A DNA stretch of 64,000 nucleotides from Cirrosporium novae-zelandiae (Eukaryota), in assembly GCA_026023565.1 (NCBI GenBank), contig JAPETS010000028.1:248001-312000 (forward strand), written 5' to 3'. The first letter of the stretch is position 1. Each line of letters opens with the position of its first letter. Positions 34,748 through 47,356 of this stretch are shown here, piece by piece. Under the pieces are notes generated by a model. It was given only the letters and a program-made list of their open reading frames with translations, was not told the DNA's origin and ran no database searches. The translations under genes and the position numbers were made by a program.

Positions 34748-37700
34748 CTTGTGAAACGCTTAAGTCTCATGAGAAGCTACTGAGTAAAGAGGGGCATTAT
34801 TGATACACTGGACGAATACAAAGCCTCTCATGGAATCCTTCAAGGGTGCTCGGCACTGAACAGACGGATTAGCGTGGTATGGTTTGCTGCGCCACTCTCA
34901 AACCCTTACAGTAACATTGAGGCCAGCCCGGAACTTGCTCACTCTAACCAGCAATTGTAACCGGTATAATTATCAACTTCTATTTCATCTTACAAAGTAG
35001 TATCAACACTTCTCCACAGGGCCATACCAGGTCTTTTTCTGGCTTGATCTGCACTTCAAGCCTCCCGGGTCGCATGGCTTGCATCATCATTGATACTTGC
35101 ATCGGTATGCATGCCCAAGTGTGTTTCAGAGGTATTAGGCTGGTGACCGATTATCACCAGATTCAGCCGACGGGTATATCAACACTGTGGAGGAAACAAA
35201 CAGTGCATTTGACTAGTTTGGGGGAAATATCACTTTCTAGCCTTATGCCGACCATTGTCCCTCTATTTAAAGTTTTAGGGCTGTCCACGACACACAATTA
35301 CATCTCATGGATGACTATGTCACCCCATGTGCATACAATGTGGGGTTCCGACATCATCGCAGTTTTGTGCGAATGGTTGCAGTGGTTACGATTCAATCGT
35401 TAATTATTTTCTCACTGCAGAAATACAGGAACTTGAATTGACCCGAACATCTAACCACCCACCTAGTGGATCAAGTTTCAGTCTTTTTACTATTGAGAAT
35501 GACAACTTCTCGGAGCATACTCGAGTACTCATCACTGCCACAGTCCTAGGTCATTGCTCTTGGAACATACAAACAAGCTTCTAGAATGTTTCAGTACTCT
35601 CGTATCTTTGGGGGCCAAGAGAATTCCAGTTGACAGCCTTATCAGGCTAGAGATAACCGATCCAGCATTGACCCATCGGCGACTCCGAAACTTGAAGGTA
35701 GGGATTCGTGTACCACATGTTCATAAAACTGAGGATTTGAAAAATGAGAGACATGCTGAAGGAGCAATTCCTAGTCACTTTTTCTGCAATTTACAATCAA
35801 TCATTTACAATCGGTTATTTCCCCAACCTCCGAGGTGGGCTCCCGAATACAAGGTGTGGAAGAAATTAATGTAGCAAAGTGGTCCGGCGCAGATGAAGAC
35901 AATGAACAACGAAACCACACGATGAGGTAATTCCTTGAGATACACTCCACGGTTTTGCTGCATTGCCAGCAACTCCTTGGATCTGCAGACAGGCTTATAA
36001 TACAATGTTTTTTCTAACTTGTCAGATGAGAGTCAATTACACATGTATTCTTTGCAAAGGCTCTAAAATGTGAATGGCGCAGAGCAAAGCAGGCGATCCT
36101 TGACGTATACACAACTCAAGTGCGGGCGGGAGTAAGCACTAAAGGAGCGGCTCGCTCACCACTTTATTCTTTCCATTGTTCGGGAGGATGCCGCGCTAAA
36201 TCCTCTTCAGCCCCAAACCTATCAAGTTTCCTGAAGACTGAAAATACCCAATCCTTTGGCCTTCATCTTACGCACAACATCGCATCTGTCAAGTTGAACT
36301 TTTGGCACCTTATCCGACAGAAAAGTAGCCTTAATACCTTGGTGCAATGTGCTGGCATTATCAGTCTGACAATCAACCAGATCAGTGGTCTTTGATGGCC
36401 GCTTGGACCTCGACCGCTCATCCAATCACCTGTTGGAGATGACCGGTACTTTCAATCAGTTAAGAGCTTATTCTCCTTCTCTTAGTCAGATACAGTCCAA
36501 AAGCCCCTCTTTCTTAGACATTGGTCTTCAAGCAGCCAACAGTGATTCACCACCATCACCTCTCTCAGCACTACATGCATCGTCACTACTGTGCTGATGA
36601 GAACAAGTTTCATGCTCGGAACTCTTGCCGCTCGTGAGCGATCGAGGATCATCAACCACCCAATCAGTTGTGCCTCGAGATTTTAATGTTTTAACGGCGC
36701 ATACAGATCGCAAACGCACTGACCTGCACTTCCATCATCAGCAAACTATTTTTGTACTTGGTATAGTTTCCTTGTGTCGGATATCCGGTTGGTTATTAAA
36801 CCGACATTTTCCAAGGACGGTTCTAAGAGCATCCGACTATTATAGCCCGTGGCCTTCCATACAGTGGTACGGTTATGAAACCCTACAATCAACTCGTCTG
36901 ACACAGCCTCGGGAGCCCCACATAATACTACATGGAGGACTTTCTTACAGAAAGAGAGATTTTACATTCACTTGCGCCAGAGACTGAACAAGACAGCTGA
37001 TTTATTGCCCAAGGCGTTTTACCACAGTACGGCACGCAGAGTCTAGAATACAGCAACAATATTTCCGTTTCGGACTTGGAGTTTGTCTTTTTGTTACCGA
37101 TACCTCCTTTCCAATTACCTAATCATTCATTCGTTCGGAAACTTTTCTGAACCCTCATCCCCCACCCTCCCAGAAAAGGAAACATGCACCTACAGATTAT
37201 GGTTAGGGCCTATAATCTGATATAACTTACGATGCCTGAGTTTTGACTTAAATGTTCCAATTCCCAAACTTTGATCGATCCCTCTTCGGCAGTTGGGTGA
37301 TCTCATCCGTTGAGTAATACAAAGATCTACAAACTTCTTCCTTCCGACATACCTTAATCGGTTCGAATCGCGAATCTAATCCATGATGGGCCTTGTAGTA
37401 ATGATTTTCTGAGATGCATGATCTTTGTGTAGCGCTCGCTTGAATTCACTGATTGGGATTCTTTTCAATGTAAGCCAGTATCAGAAAATGGTGTGCTGAT
37501 GCTCTATTCTCGATACTCCATGGTGAATGACGAATTTAGATGGGCGCACGCGCACACACATGTAAGCAGCACAAAATCAACCACGTTGATATATCGCAGA
37601 TGAAACCTGGATCTTTGAGATCTGACTCCTTGCGTTGAAAATGCCGAATGCAGCACAATGCAGAATAAGCAATAGACTATGGGGTTACTTAACTACCAAG

Positions 37701-37959
37701 GTTCATATGTATCCATATCCTCCACGAGCAAGGTATTCAGATACCTATCCACTACTACGTACAGTCTACAGGAAGAATCGGAATTAACGAGCTTACAGCA
37801 GACATACATAAAGTTTTCGCAAGAAGTTTTATTGATCCCTTGTTTACTTATCAGGGTCTTACCTGTTTACCTTCGGGAGGGATCATGTTGTTAGTCAACT
37901 TGACCACGAGACAAGGCCCGGAGTTACGAAATAAGCATCTTATTACTCGTTGGGTGTGG

Positions 37960-40440
37960 GAGGGAAAGTTTCCTCGTTACATTACATTACCTTACCTCAC
38001 CTTACCATACGTAACTTACGTACGTATGGAAAGCAGTCAGAAATATTATAACTTAACCATCTAGAAGGTTTTTTTGGAAACGATTATGACCTGGTCCTAG
38101 AGTTTTCGCAAGATATACCGCATACATAATAGCTAGCTACAATTTTTCTTTTTAAATTTGATACTTGAATCTTTTGAGCGTATATTTAGATATTCAAGAA
38201 TTATGATATTAGACGATTACGGTATGCCTGTATGTAAAATATAAGGCAGAAATTAAAAAAAGTTAAAAAAAATATCGGTATTGCTAGTATTTTTCTTTTC
38301 TTCTATACAAAAGATGGATACAATACATTACGTTCTATAAGATTTCTCTTCCCCAACAGTGGACCTACCTACTTAGACTACCTACCACAAAAAAAACTCC
38401 AAACCTTGAAAAATAAAAGAAATATCATTATCGTCATAAGTCAGATATCTAGATATATATCTATATAATCCACAAACATCAGAAAATAATAATAATACTA
38501 AGACAAGCCCCCCCCCACCATCACCCTTAACTGACTAACAGACTCCTCCAACTACCAACTAAACCAAGTTAAGAAAAAACCCTAAAGCACCATAACGAGC
38601 CAATGATTAGCATTAAACAAGCGAAAAGAGAGAGAGAAAAAGGTTATTTGTAATGTGTATCTGAATAATTTATGTAATTAGGTTTTGGGGGGGTTAGGGT
38701 TTTATAGAGGTGGGGGGGGGGGGGGCTACGTAGGTAGTTGGTTAGTAGGAGAAGGGAGGGGAGGAGGGGAGGAGAGGAGAAGGGTAGGAGAGGATATTAA
38801 TCTCTACCAAGAAGAAAAAGAGAAAAAAAAAGCAAAAAGAGAATCGAAAGAAAGAAGAAAAAATAATTCAGTTTTAAAGTTATAAACATCTATCCCATGA
38901 AAACAGAGCAGTTAGCAAAGGACAATCTGGATAAAAGGTCAGGGCTAAATGGCAAAAATGGTAAAAAAATGGCTTTTTTCTCTCTCTCTAGAGAAGTAGG
39001 GTGAGGGTGGATGGATAGATAAGGGCGTGAGGGTATCTAAGCTGAAATAAAATAAAAAGGGGGGGGGGTGAGCGGTTTATATTTGAATGGTGAGGTGATG
39101 TATATATTGTATGTAGGCTAGAGCTGAATACACAAATAAAGAATCCATTAAATATCTATAGATCTATCCATTCCAATGACACAGACAACCAACCAACACC
39201 TACTGTACTGTATATGTACACGTTTCTTATTCTTCTTCTTCTTAACCGCTACTTAGTCATACACACATCCATACATAATAAAATAGTAAGATAAAATAAA
39301 AAGCGGCTTTCGCCTCCTCCCATTCTCACCTCTCTTCCAATCCAATCCCATCCCATCCCATAACCCACGAATACCACGAACAAACAAACAACCAAGTATC
39401 CAGATTCTAGATAGTCCATGTGGCTGATATCTTCCCCCCCCCCTCCAATTCGCGAATCACGATTCCCCTTACCCCCCCCCCATCGCTCCCGAAATCACAC
39501 GTAAGCTGCACAGACATGATTTTTCTGTATAATACGTACGTACGTATGTATGAATGGATGGATGGATATGGGCATGGGGGATTATATATTCCCAAGGGAG
39601 TTTTTGTTTGTAAGGGGGATTGGGTTGGGGGGGGTTATAGTTGTAATAATAGTAATAGTAGTAAATCATGATTATAATGTTAATACTGTTTGTTTGCTTT
39701 CCTTGGTTTTTCTATACCCTCCCCACCCCTCTCCTCTGTTTAACTATCTAGGTATCTATCTATTGGGGATGTAATGCTTATATGTATATGCATACATATA
39801 AAGGAGTTTAAGTGCTAGATGCTAGATATGAGAGTGATGGTGTTGTTATTGTTGTCATTATTGTTGGGTACCTAATCTATGCTTTGAATAGTGAACGTGG
39901 ATGAAATGGGATGGATAGGGGCTGGCTGACAGACAGACTCTTCGAGAACGGTGTTGTTGTTGTCGTCGTCCTTATTACTGTTATTGTTCCCTATTGTCGT
40001 CGGGTTAGATTTAGGTTTTTGTGTCTATGCGCTCGCTCATTCATTTGAGTCTTGGTGAGAATTTTTTTTCCTTTGAACTCTTTTAGAGCTTATGTATGTA
40101 TGTATGGATTGCTTGTTATGTATCCCTTAGTTTTTTTAGCCTCTTAGGGGCCTGGGTTGGGTAAGTGACTGGAAGAGAGAGTTGTTCATGCTTATTTGTT
40201 TGGAGTCATCATCATCATCATCATCCGATATGACATTACGTTAAAATGTGGAGAAAAATAAGAGAGAGAAAAAAACCAGACCACAGCAAAACAAAATCGC
40301 CCGGGAGGGAGGGGAATTAACTATCTAGTTAATTAGTTTTGGAAGAAGCGGGCTGGCTGGCTGGCCTTGGTATGGGAAGAAGCGCTTTGGGCATCCATCC
40401 ATCCTCCGTCCGGTCTGGTTTCCGTCTCCCGTCTCATCTC
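37960..40440. repeat. AT-rich low-complexity region dense in homopolymers and microsatellites
   Basis: Poly-A/G/C runs, (TATG)n, (AG)n, (TCA)n, (GGCT)n; the ORFs here are compositional artefacts. Confidence 0.8.
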
Positions 40441-40443
40441 ATC

Positions 40444-42549
40444 TCACATCTTCCCCACATTTACATTTGGCGGCATTCTTATTCCCAGGTTTCTTAGCCT
40501 TTCTCTCGATCTGGCCAGCTCATCGTTCGTCTGCTTTAGTGTGTCTCCTTTTTCTTGCTCGTGGACATGCCCAACATCACTACTACTGCCATTCCTTGCG
40601 AGCCCCGCACCACCACTACCAGCCCCCTCTCTTCTGGTCATCGCAACCTCGTCTACCCGAGTCCTGGCCAGCGTAATCGCAGGTACCATCCATGCCCCGC
40701 AGCTGCATTTTAGTCCCTGCCATGCATACTTGCCTACGTTGGTGTTGCATTTGGGGCAGTTGAGTCGACCGTTGAGGTTTCCTTTTGATAGTTCGGGTTT
40801 CATCCAGAGGAGGGGTTGGGTGTAGATGTGAGCGCAAGGGGGGGGAGGGGAGGGGTTGGCATTGGAGGTGTTGGATGCTTGGGTGAGAGGGGTGGGGTTG
40901 GGCTTGGGGGTGTGGGAGACGAGGTATGGGGTTGCGGAGAGGGAATGGCGACATTTTCGACAGCGGTATTCGAAGTGTCGTTTTGATTTTTGGACATCAT
41001 GGTCAGGGCCGGAAGAGGAGCTGTGTTCTTGTGGGGTGATTTCCACCCCCCCGTTTGATTCGTTGTCGTCTTCAAACCTCACCTGCTCCGGCGCCCTCCC
41101 GATCGCCACACTCTCTCTAACCTCTTGATCAAACCGCCATCTTTTGTACGCTTGTGTGCTGGTCACGTCTGCTGGACACCCTAGCGAATAGTACAATTCC
41201 AGCTGTTGCATGAAGCCGGGGTTTGGTTCAACCATGGGGCGCGATTGCCGAATTAGGGAAATGGCTGTTGTAGGTGTGAGGGGGAGGGGTGGGCTATTTG
41301 GCGGAAGGCTGAGGATTTTGGGGGGACGCTGTGTGAGAAGATACGAGATTATTAGGGTTGTGGATCGGGATTTTCCCATTGCACTGGGAATTCAAGTTGG
41401 AAATGTTAGTCAGGAACAACACGAGAGACAGAGGAAAGGAAAATCAATGCACTGAAGCAGAATAGCGATTGGCTGGCAAGATTATACGATCTGTTTTTGA
41501 TTTTCTTTTTTTAAAAAAAAAACAATAGTATGATTCAAATCAAAATAACTAAATATTGATATCTACATGTGCGGAAAATCATATTCTCGGTGATTGGCAC
41601 TTTGTACCATGGGCATCAACCAGAAACATTGTGAAGAAAAGAAACAAGTTTATTCTTTCATTGGAGGATGATTCGAAAATTTTGAACACAGCTAGCTCAA
41701 CAAGACAGGGGCTAGAATGTATTGCGATTAACTTGCATAGAACATAGCGGCTGATCCTTAGTGTTGGCGGGGCTGACTGCTGTACAATCAAAGCCTGGCG
41801 GATTGAAGTGCTACAGGAGATAGAAAAATGGTGACGGATTAGGAGTAGATTTAAATTGAATAAAAAGAGTAGTAATCATTCATAATAACGCATGAGTAAC
41901 GTGATAAAAAAAAGTCAATACATGTGAAAGGGAGAGCCAACGTTTCTTTCTACTGAGACGGTTATAATAGGGCTGAAACCCTAACTTAACCAGGCAAACA
42001 AACCAGATATAGTAGCAATGACTGAAAAGTTTTATTGCTCACCAGTGAACGAGTACACCTCCACCAGCATCAAGTCCATCCTGGATGAAGGCATTGGAGG
42101 TGGCGAAATGCTCGAGTAAATTTTCATCCTCGACGTCGTCCACTTCAATTACAAGATGTTTGTAAGGCTTGAATAGTTCAGCATTCAGCGGGCCACGCAA
42201 CACGGTAACAATGTGTGTAATATTGGTATCAGCCAAAGTCTGTTTTCTCCTGATAGTAAAAAGACTGGTATGAAAAAAAATAGTGATTTAAACGTCAGCG
42301 GCGGCGCCATACACAACGGGAAAGAAGAAAAAAAAGTGATATTCCTCCTTGGTCCCTTATTCCCTCCCAACTCTCCGCCACCACCGCCCTCCACATGCCG
42401 GAGAATAGGCGGTGTGTTTGAGAATTGGGGGGTTTTATCTGATGGTGGAAAAACACGACGGTGGAGAGGGGGTAGGGAGTTGAGTGACCAAGACGGACGT
42501 ACCCTGACATGTATAGATTCGGCACACCTGGGATTGGACTCAACGCCAT
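40444..42549 (-). CDS. YVH1: Dual-specificity phosphatase Yvh1 (exons 42549-42503, 42264-42043, 41383-40444)
   Basis: MALSPIPGVPNLYMSG|LFTIRRK..NITHIVTVL, EVDDVEDENLLEHF, VLVHC|AMGKSRS, EPNPGFMQQL and a Zn domain CRKCR...CAH...GRLNCPKCNTNVGKYAWQGLKCSCG. Confidence 0.95.
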
Positions 42550-45500
42550 CTTTGAAAATGTAAGTTATGCGTTAGTTGGGTCCTTGGTTCTGCACTTGGG
42601 GGGGCTTGTGATGATGCTGTACGAGGGGTTAAAATATGGGTAAGGTAAGATGCGAGATCCGATGATCAATCATCAACCATCATGACCAAAAGAAGCGAAA
42701 GGAGCGAAAGGGGCTTAGACTAGATTAGTAGGAGAGTTTGATATGCGACAAAAAGGTACGGAGGATGAAATAAAATAAATCTTTTGAAACGGTCGTTACA
42801 AAAGAGTTAATGAGGTAGTTAACTCCTACAATACTAATTATATTAAATTCTCAAAGATCTAGGTTGTTATGGGAAGGTGTCATTTTACGAAAAAGAGAAT
42901 AAAAATAATAAAGATGGCAATATGGGTAGAGAAGACCTAACACGCGTATTCGGTACTCCTTTACTATGTTTGTGTTTATGTTTTATGTTACTTTATGTTA
43001 CTTTATGTTACTTATGTTACCCATATTACTTATGAAAGAGTCAGTCAGCCCTATCGTAGTGCTTGGACGGAACTGGTATAGCCGAGGAAGCTTATACGGA
43101 GAGCCCTAACTGACTAATACAACTAATACGGAGCTCCAGTTTCCCAATGGTAAGTGGAAGCGGGGTGGGCTTTATTACTTGGTATTATTATTAGTTGTTC
43201 ATTAATCCATTAATTGATTGACAATGAAAAAATAAAATAAAATAAAATAAAAAGAGATTAAACTATCAACTAAATTATTATTGTTATTACTTATTCAAAT
43301 AAGAAAAAAAAAAAAAAAAGAGAGAGAGAGAGGTACGTAAGCTCATTTGCCCTGTATAGGATGGCTGTATTTGGTCTTGGTAAGAGACTTTCGGAAACTC
43401 AGATGATCATGGCTGAAATGTATCAAATTCTATGGAGGCGGAGGATACATCCTTTAGGAAAAGGTTGTTTCTGACTGTCTCTGACTGTCGTCTCCAAGCC
43501 CTGAAAGTGTGATTTCCAGCCTTGACGCTGGGCTTCAAATGGCTTCAATGGCCTCAATGGCTTCCAAATGGCCGTGAATCCCATGCAGGCTGCAGCTGAA
43601 GAGGGAGAAACAGGTCCAACTAAACTAATGAAATACTTTTGACAACAAAAACTCAATACAACCATAACCGGATGGATACCTTAGGCAATCAACCCGAGCC
43701 CTGTTTGGGGCGTATTGCGTCTCTGGTATTCCTTTCCTTGTAATATTTTCCCTCCTGTAATTTTGTATTCTTGTATCTTTCGCTTTCTCGTTTTCGTATT
43801 TTCCCTTTGGCTTTAACATCCGTAAATCCGTTGATAAGCCCTATCTTAATTTTGAATCCTTTAGCCTTGCACGCCCTGATAAACCCTGGACCCTCCTTGT
43901 TCCATGGCGGCTCTTTTTTGTTTTTTTTCTACGTGGTTGAAAGTCATGCTTGCATGCTTGCATAATTGCATAATTGTATAACTGGGTTCTCATCTCATCT
44001 AAATCAAGCTAACCAATGATACAGATTTCATGAGCCCTATCGGCCTCTATCCATTCTCGTCCACCACGGCCGAAAGGTATCTCCAATTCTAGTAATAATG
44101 CCGCCCTACGCTAAAAAATCTGTATGTATCAGAAGGTATGATATGATATATCGATAATGGATGGTGTGGCCTTGATGTGGCCCTGCCCCCAGCACTGCTG
44201 CTATCTGAGGAACATGCCCTTGAATGCCCTTGGACGCCCTTGGATGCCTTTGGAATCTCAATGTTGCCAACAACCTTATGCAATGTTGCCTTAAGGCTGC
44301 AACACTCCCGCCCTGCCACTGTGACAGATTGAGGAATATATTGGTTGATCGCTCTCTCTACCCAATGACTACTGCTAGTTTTGACCAACCCCTTCCAGAA
44401 ATTCTCCAGACCTTTCCTCCGAATTCCACTTATAACACCGAAAAAGGCGGGGAGAATGAAAGAAATACTGACTAACCGTCATCCCTCTCCTAGCCGATAA
44501 CTGATGTAGGTGCGATGTGAGGCCATCTCAACATCTGAATGGTCCAGTGTTTGGCCGACGACACCGATGTCATTATTAACAAAGTAAACTATGGTGGGTG
44601 GAGGTTTTTAGTGGTAAAAAAAAAACAAGTGGAAGAGTGACAGATCAAGCAACAAATAGTAGCGTGACCTATATCGTCGATGCAGATATACTCTGCTGTG
44701 GGTGCTGTTGTGATACCCAAGGAATAAAGTACAGATACCGCGTAAAGCACACATGGCTCCAGGCACTGATATCAAACTTTCAGGCTCAGACTCAGTATTT
44801 CCTTATAGGGCCAACCGAGAGGCCAACCGATGAGGAGATTAAGTGTCTCAATCGACCCTTGTCCTAGCAAGCTCCCAGATAGTATATGGTAAGGCCAACG
44901 ACTTAATATGTTATGCTCCCGGAGTTCCTGCTTTTTTAGCCTCATGGCCCTAAAAACCTAAGACATTTCTATTGAATCTAAACCTCATCTCGATTTTATC
45001 AAGTACATGAATGGTGAGTCGTAACGAGAAACAAGAACAAGAAATTGTTAATACAACGTAAGAAATCTCGCCTATGACCCGCGTCGCTCTCTCCACTTCT
45101 TCAATCTTCAGCTGTTTGGTGGTGCGGCAAAATGGGTGCGGCCCCATATGGGATCCGGTCGACTTGCCGCCAGGAGGTCCACATTAGAAAAAAACCGGCT
45201 TGGATCCTCGTCTTTATCAGCAAAGTTCCCCAATGCTTTCGCACCGGGCCGATCGTTAATATGTTTCACCTCTTGGATCAACCTTGGATGAGTCGACGTC
45301 GTGGTTAATATTGTCAATCTTCGTTAACTTGTTCACTTGCAAATAAAATCCAATTTCCGCCTCTTCTCGGATACCGAGAACCAACCAATCCATTATTAGA
45401 GACAACTACCTCAGTGCATAATCATCTGTAGCTTTGCTTTGCCAGCCAAAAACAACAAAAGATCGTCACCGTTGATCATCAAGCTGTAGCAGAAGAAGAA

Positions 45501-47124
45501 GCAGGAGCAGCAGCAGCAGTAGAAGAAAGGCAAAGAAGCATTGATCAAATCAAATCTGCTTGCTCTATGACAATTCGCTGAGCTAGATACTAATAATTAT
45601 CTAACTACTGTTCACCTGTTTTTTTATGTAACAGATTTAAAGAAAAGAATTTCCAATTCTGGGGTTAATACGGTCTGAGCGGGAAAAAGAAATAAGAAAA
45701 AAGAAAAAAAGGAACATCAAATTAACTTTGAAACCCATCACGGATTGTGTGACTACAAAGGCCAGCCCTATCGCTGACTTACTGGGCTGAGTTTTGAGGG
45801 TATCACAAGGTCCATGTACTTGGACCAGCCAACCTAAAGCTGCCGAGGTGCGACAGATTAACTGAAGATCAAATACCTTTTTTGACTATAAATCCATTTT
45901 TAGGGAGAAAAAGGTCAAGAGCGAAGGGCATCATGGCAGTTAAGCCCTGCTACATAGTAATTATACGAATAATGCGTGAACAATATATGAATAATATTTT
46001 TTTTTATATTTGTTTGGGCTGCATGCTTTGGAGTTTCTTTCCCTCCCCCCTCTTTTTTATTTTTTTTTATTTTTTGACATACTTCTTGGCGACGGGCAAC
46101 GACCTGAATGTTGGTGTTCTGTACCTGCTCCAGGACCCAAGGCTCCATGGTAGCTGATAAGTAAGTGGTTAAGCAATCTCAGCCACATTCGTGGCAATTC
46201 CAACCATGTTGCTTCCAGCTTGGCATGACTTGATAAATTGAAAACCTTGCTGCACTACCACATTGACGGTTTGAGACTTTTTGTCGTTTTGGGTATATGG
46301 CCCCCTTTTTTGTTTTTTGTTATTTATTTTTTTTGTAAACTTGTAAAAGAAAGGACATTGATCAACCAAAATATAAGGGTTAGGGAGAGAAATCTTAGCT
46401 TTCTTGGTATTTTCTTGGCCTGACAGGTTGTTGCTAGTTTAAATACCGCGATACCATGATACGGTAGGACATTGATTAATTACGGGATTGGGATTACAGC
46501 ATTACAACATTACCGTGTTACCAGGGTTGTTACAGCTGTGACAAAAGCGACTGGGGGTGTGACTGAAAGTCACTCGCTAGTAGGATCAGTTACAGTTTGA
46601 CTTCATGGCCTCATAGGGCTGAGTAGTAGGGACCCCCCCCCCCCTCCTCCACTAAGGCGGTAGACTCGGTAGTGCTTAATTGGTGCAATGGTGCTGGTTG
46701 CTGCTGGGCTTACCAGCAAAGTCTTGGTCCTCTTGGTCCTTTCGTTGGTTCATTCCACTTGATGGTGCCCCATGTTGCTCGTCTGTCTTTTTTCTAAAGG
46801 GCAAGTTGGTCCAAGTTGATTGAGCCCAGTAGGTCTAAAGTAGGTCGAGTAAGGTCCAAGTAGTTCCAACAGGGAGCTTTTCGACCATTTGTATTCGTAG
46901 TTAGGTATCCCCCCGTAGTAGAAAAAAGACAGAGACTTGAACTACCTGGTCAAGTTTAACAGTCTAACTACCCTAAACCCACTGGACTGACTTGACTTGC
47001 CCATGAACCGCTCACTGAACGCTGAACGCTGAGACTGCGCTTTCTTCACCTCCACTCCACACAGACAACGTACAATCATCCTCGCCTGTTCTCACTCTTG
47101 TCCGCAAAAGTCTGCTGCCGTCCC

Positions 47125-47356
47125 ATGCAGGCTTCCCCCATCATCGCCCTGCGCCAGCATCATCTATATAGATATTCTACATGATTTTGGATTCTTCACC
47201 TTCTTTCTTTCCCCTGCCATTCGCTCTCCACCTCCCAACAACCATCGCTCTAGTCCAAATCCTCGTCCTGCTCGATCAATGAGACCTTCGCCACCTTCCG
47301 ACTTAATTCTGGTGCCTATTCTCCGACAACCTTCAGCTTGTGGCGACTCGGGATAA
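47125..47356 (+). promoter_or_regulatory. Three chained upstream ORFs (47125-47184, 47181-47282, 47279-47356) ahead of the C2H2 gene
   Basis: Translated by hand (19, 33 and 25 aa); each stop codon overlaps the next ATG. Whether they are in the mRNA is not shown by the sequence. Confidence 0.55.

Noticed and set aside
36593..36625. Hammerhead-like CTGATGA...CGGAA (another CTGATGAG at 51122)
   Set aside because: No GAAA core and stem II does not pair.
37360..37369. B-box-like GGTTCGAATC
   Set aside because: No A-box or tRNA stems around it; an isolated match.
41977..41986. Telomerase RNA template-like AACCCTAAC (similar short matches at ~38693, ~46375, ~50876)
   Set aside because: Short matches expected by chance; none is the TAACCCTAA form, and I could not recognise a pseudoknot or CR4/5 domain.
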